From an uncultured Blautia sp. (GTDB taxonomy: Bacteria > Bacillota > Clostridia > Lachnospirales > Lachnospiraceae), in contig CALBGI010000055.1 in assembly GCA_937893675.1 (NCBI GenBank), positions 11,164 to 75,163 on the forward strand: a stretch of 64,000 bases of DNA, in the 5' to 3' direction. The stretch's first letter is position 1. Each line of letters starts with the position of its first letter. The notes below the pieces were generated by a model that saw only the letters and a program-made list of their open reading frames with translations, was not told where the DNA came from and searched no databases. This document shows positions 60,334 to 64,000 of the stretch, in pieces. Position numbers and translations under genes: made by a program.

Positions 60334-60963
60334 ATGAGACAGTCCACCTATGAAAAATTTGAGAGACTCGCACAGAGCAGACAAGGCTATACCGGCACCG
60401 TGGAGCTTTTGGAGGCCGGATTTACCAACCGGCAGATCGGACAGTTTGTGAATGAGGGATTTCTGGAGAAGGTGTCGCATGGTCATTACTGGTTTTTGCG
60501 CGGAGGACATAAGAAGCCTGCCGATTATAAGGCGGTGGAGGTGGGGCTTGTGAATCCTAAGGCCGTGATCTGTGCGGACAGCGCCTGTTTTTACCAGGGA
60601 CTGATCGACATAGAGCCGGAGACGCTTTCTGTCGCGACCTGCCGGACAGACCGCGCCCGGATGCATATGAATTTTCCGCTGAAGCGGCATTATCTGTCCG
60701 AAAAAAACTTTGACATGGAACAGCGGCAGATAGAGACAGAATTCGGCACTTATCGGATATATGACATTGAGCGCAGCGTGTGTGAGTGCATTCGTTTTCG
60801 AAATGACATTCAGGAGGATATTTTTGAATACATTGTGGAACGTTACAATGCCAGCCAGGAGCGGCAGCTGGGGCGTCTGATGCAGTATGCCCGCGCGCTC
60901 CGGGTGGAGCGGCAGGCCATGGACATGGTTCACAAAGAAGGAGCCGGGATATCTGTTTTTTAA
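60334..60963 (+). CDS. AbiEi-like (type IV TA antitoxin-family) transcriptional regulator
   Basis: N-terminal wHTH (L..AG.....I...V.EG.LE.V..G.Y), AVIC..SA....GL, IYD.ER.VC.C.R. Confidence 0.78.
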   Translation: MRQSTYEKFERLAQSRQGYTGTVELLEAGFTNRQIGQFVNEGFLEKVSHGHYWFLRGGHKKPADYKAVEVGLVNPKAVICADSACFYQGLIDIEPETLSVATCRTDRARMHMNFPLKRHYLSEKNFDMEQRQIETEFGTYRIYDIERSVCECIRFRNDIQEDIFEYIVERYNASQERQLGRLMQYARALRVERQAMDMVHKEGAGISVF

Positions 60964-61043
60964 GAAACTTTTAAGAATTACCGCGGAGTTTTTTTACACC
61001 CCTTGTTTATAATGGAGACAGCAAAAACAGAAGGAGAAACAGC

Positions 61044-61793
61044 ATGAATGAGGAAACAATATTGGTGGTGGATGACAACAGGGAAATTGTCTATTCCATA
61101 AGCGAGCTTCTCAAATACGAGGGCTATGCGGTGGTGAAGGCCTACGACGGCATGGAGGCTCTGGATATGCTGGAGCGGCATCCGGTGGATCTGATCCTCC
61201 TGGATGTGATGATGCCGCGCCTGAACGGGCTGTCCGCTTTGATGAAGCTGCGGGAGCGCTGTAAGATCCCGGTCATTATCCTGTCTGCCAAAACAGAGGA
61301 GAGCGATAAGGTATCCGGGCTGGTGCTTGGGGCAGATGATTACATCGGCAAGCCATACAACCCGGCGGAACTGATCGCGAGGGTCAAGGCACAGCTGCGC
61401 AGGTACAAGGCCTGGGGCGGCAGCGCACCGAAAAATGATGCGGACTGTATTGTGAACGGCGGGCTGGTGTTGGACAAAAAGCAGCGTCTGGTGATCGTGG
61501 AGGGGCAGGAAATGCGTCTGACGGCCAAGGAATACCAGATACTCAGCCTGTTCATGGAACATCCGGGGCAGGTGTTTTCGGCAGAGCAGATTTACGAGCA
61601 GGTATGGAATGAGGCGGCGGATTATGCGGTGGAGAACACGGTAATGGTGCATATCCGCCACATCCGGGAAAAAATTGAGATTGACACAAAAAATCCAAGA
61701 TATGTAAAGGTGGTGTGGGGAATTGGATACAAAATGGAAAAATACAGTGAAAGAAAAAGCGGGAATTTTGTGGGGGATCCTGAAAACACATAA
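61044..61793 (+). CDS. OmpR-family response regulator
   Basis: LVVDD, LLDVMMP, GADDY..KP, LTAKEY, VHIRHIREKIE, VWGIGY. Confidence 0.95.
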   Translation: MNEETILVVDDNREIVYSISELLKYEGYAVVKAYDGMEALDMLERHPVDLILLDVMMPRLNGLSALMKLRERCKIPVIILSAKTEESDKVSGLVLGADDYIGKPYNPAELIARVKAQLRRYKAWGGSAPKNDADCIVNGGLVLDKKQRLVIVEGQEMRLTAKEYQILSLFMEHPGQVFSAEQIYEQVWNEAADYAVENTVMVHIRHIREKIEIDTKNPRYVKVVWGIGYKMEKYSERKSGNFVGDPENT

Positions 61794-63015
61794 GAAGGCT
61801 GTGCTGGGGTCACTGCTGTTTGGCATCGGCCTGTTTGTGTTTATCACTATGATGCTCTATGCTTATTGTGATACCAGGACCGTCTGGGCCAGAGGAATTC
61901 CCATAAACATTTGCCTGGGGGCAGGCATCTGCTGTATCATGCCGGAAATCCTGGAGAGGGTTTATCGGAGCTGGCGGCCGCAAAACGAAGGGTTTTATGA
62001 GGAATGGAAAGCAAAATGGGTGAAGCAGCAGAAAATACTTCTGGCTGTATTTGCGGCACTTCTGCTTTTGTGTTTTTGGAACTGGTCTTATCAGAAGTAC
62101 CAGTTCAATTACGGCTGGGGCTGGAATTTTGCCAGAGGCTATCTGGCTTTCGCCACGCTTTTTGTGCAGGGGATCCTGATGGAAGTGATCGTCATACGGT
62201 TTATGCTGGGGCGGCTGAATCTGCTTATGGGACGTATGGCTCAGATCAATCAGGACAATCTGAAGAATGCGCTGGAGATTGAGAAGCGGAGTCTTGAAAA
62301 AGTTTCAAGAAGCGATCAGCTCCGGGTGGATCTGATCACCAATGTGTCGCACGACTTAAAAACGCCGCTCACCTCCATGGTAGGCTACATTGAGCTTCTC
62401 AAAAAAGAGGAGTTAAATGATACCTCCAGAGATTATGTGGAAGTGATTTCCGAGCGGGCAACCAAGCTCAAGGAAATGATCGAGAGTCTGTTTTCCCTGG
62501 CGAAGGCCAGCAGCGGCAATGTGGAGTTTCATATGGAAACCATTGAGCTGAAGCGGCTGATGGAGCAGATTTTTGCGGACATGCAGGACAGAATACAGGA
62601 ATGTGACCTTGAATTTGTGACAATGTACACAGAAGAAGATACCCACATGGTGAGCGACAATGCCTACATGTACCGTATCTGTCAGAATCTTATGGAAAAT
62701 GCGCTGAAATACAGCGCCAGGGGCACCCGCGTTTTTGTGAGCACTGCCGTGAACGATGACGGGCGTCTGCGGCTTGAGATTACCAATACGGCCGGCTACC
62801 GCATGGATTTTTCCAAGGAGGATATCGTGGAGCGGTTTGCCAGGGCAGACAAGGCCAGAGCCAGCGACGGCAACGGCCTGGGGCTGGCGATCGTCAGCAG
62901 CTACACCAAGGCGCTGGGCGGAGACTTTGACATTCTGCTGGACTGCGACCAGTTTAAAGCGCGCCTTCTGTTTCCCAGAGGGAATCCGGAAAATCAGCCG
63001 TCCGGAAAAAATTAA
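61723..63015 (+). CDS. Sensor histidine kinase (HisKA-HATPase)
   Basis: Four TM segments, ITNVSHDLKTPLT, NLMENALKYS, ERF.R.D..R..G.GLGLAI; TTG start overlapping the RR end. Confidence 0.9.
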   Translation: MDTKWKNTVKEKAGILWGILKTHKKAVLGSLLFGIGLFVFITMMLYAYCDTRTVWARGIPINICLGAGICCIMPEILERVYRSWRPQNEGFYEEWKAKWVKQQKILLAVFAALLLLCFWNWSYQKYQFNYGWGWNFARGYLAFATLFVQGILMEVIVIRFMLGRLNLLMGRMAQINQDNLKNALEIEKRSLEKVSRSDQLRVDLITNVSHDLKTPLTSMVGYIELLKKEELNDTSRDYVEVISERATKLKEMIESLFSLAKASSGNVEFHMETIELKRLMEQIFADMQDRIQECDLEFVTMYTEEDTHMVSDNAYMYRICQNLMENALKYSARGTRVFVSTAVNDDGRLRLEITNTAGYRMDFSKEDIVERFARADKARASDGNGLGLAIVSSYTKALGGDFDILLDCDQFKARLLFPRGNPENQPSGKN

Positions 63016-63062
63016 GAATTTTCTAAGATAATTTAAGATTTGTTTTTTGGTTATTTTAAGAA
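63012..63062 (+). promoter_or_regulatory. TTAAG(A) direct repeats, putative OmpR-type regulator sites
   Basis: TTAAGA/CTAAGA/TTAAGA at 10-11 bp spacing; the same motif pair occurs at 60960-60976 upstream of the RR. Confidence 0.55.
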
Positions 63063-63111
63063 GCGTTCTTTACCATACTAGTTGTAGAACAAAAAGAGGG
63101 AGAGAACGCTT

Positions 63112-64000
63112 ATGAAAAATAAAAAAAGGCAATTTTGGACACACTTTGTGCTTTTGTTTCTTTTTACAGCTCTTTTACTGCTGCTGCCCATGGGGCCGGG
63201 ACGCTTTTGGGGCACAGACGGAGACTGGTACAGTCAGCACACAGCAGCTGCGGACAGTCTGCGCCGAACCATGCTGGAGCAGAAAACGCTTCTGCCTCAG
63301 TACATTTCTCTGGGCGGCGGCAGCAGTATCTATGATTTTTCCTATTATGGCCTGCTTCGGCCGGACGTAGTGTTTTCCTGTCTGATTCCACAGGTGGATA
63401 TGAAATACATTGTGGCAGGGTATCTGTTCCTTTGCATGACTGCCAGTGTGTGGCTCTGCTACTGCTGGCTGAAACGGTGTGGGCTGACGCCTCGTTTTTC
63501 CTTCTGGGGAGCACTGCTGTTTCTGACATCCGCGGCCTTTTATCAGGCGCACCACCAGATCATGTTTGTGAATTACATGCCATTTCTGCTTCTGGCGCTT
63601 CTGGGCGTGGAGCGGGTTCTGGAAACGAGGAAATGGGGAATGCTTTGCGTTTCTTTGTTTTTTATCTATCTGCACAGCTTTTATTATTCGGCTGCCTGCC
63701 TGTTTGTGGTGGGAGTCTATGCGCTGCACCGGATGTATGCAAAAAAAGAGTTTGTTTTTGGGCGGCTGTTTCTGGCGGTGTTTTTGTCTGTGGGGATGGC
63801 AATGGTGCTTTTGCTGCCCACAGGACTTGACATTCTTTCCACATCAAAGGACGGAGGGAGCTTTGCGGCGGAGCGTGTTTCTGCCGTCAGCATGGATCTG
63901 GAAGGTCTTTTGTATTCTCCTTACGGCTGCGGAATGACGCTTCTGGTGTTGTACTGCCTGCTGCTGTCCCTGAAAAGAAAGGGAAGCCGTTTTCTGTCAG
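63112..64000 (+). CDS. YfhO-family multi-pass membrane protein (GT-C-like), 3'-truncated by the window edge
   Basis: Frame from ATG 63112 (GAGGGAG RBS) absent from the ORF track, consistent with no stop before the window end; DWYSQH, LGGG..IY.FSYYGLLRP, many TM segments. Confidence 0.78.
   Translation, partial: MKNKKRQFWTHFVLLFLFTALLLLLPMGPGRFWGTDGDWYSQHTAAADSLRRTMLEQKTLLPQYISLGGGSSIYDFSYYGLLRPDVVFSCLIPQVDMKYIVAGYLFLCMTASVWLCYCWLKRCGLTPRFSFWGALLFLTSAAFYQAHHQIMFVNYMPFLLLALLGVERVLETRKWGMLCVSLFFIYLHSFYYSAACLFVVGVYALHRMYAKKEFVFGRLFLAVFLSVGMAMVLLLPTGLDILSTSKDGGSFAAERVSAVSMDLEGLLYSPYGCGMTLLVLYCLLLSLKRKGSRFLS

Overview
Chromosomal window from a low-G+C Gram-positive anaerobe, most likely Lachnospiraceae/Clostridia (inferred from gene content and RBS style). 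Core metabolism alternates with accessory catabolic blocks. Order: end of the arginine operon (argJ-argB-argD); DtxR-type regulator, FeoB-associated small protein, Nudix, AraC, MATE; a visibly AT-richer ~10 kb island (6.7-16.8 kb: LacI, M24-fold hydrolase, sugar-type SBP, PTER-like amidohydrolase, ABC ATPase/permease, ASRT-family protein, LacI, second M24-fold hydrolase) with two distinct LacI operator sets; a Csp-type S8 protease; two deletion-eroded pseudogenes; a YesM/YesN-type two-component system with a carbohydrate ABC transporter, UroD-family protein, GH78 and GH38; TetR/DUF2871; a six-gene polyamine operon (speA, speE, CASDH, nspC, aguA, aguB) behind a ~270-nt structured leader ending in a terminator; a second AT-richer block (HEPN remnant, DUF4258/YgiT pair, LytTR plus a GHKL kinase frameshifted at a G7 tract, ABC system flanked by paralogous exported proteins); rnfC2-metV-metF MTHFR; transporters; DUF362; orphan AbiEi; an OmpR-type two-component system; and a YfhO-like gene running off the end. 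No rRNA, tRNA, CRISPR, integrase or transposase was seen. Best novelty candidates: the M24/PTER/ASRT island, the polyamine-operon leader, and the homopolymer-frameshifted kinase. All family calls come from motif recognition, not database searches.
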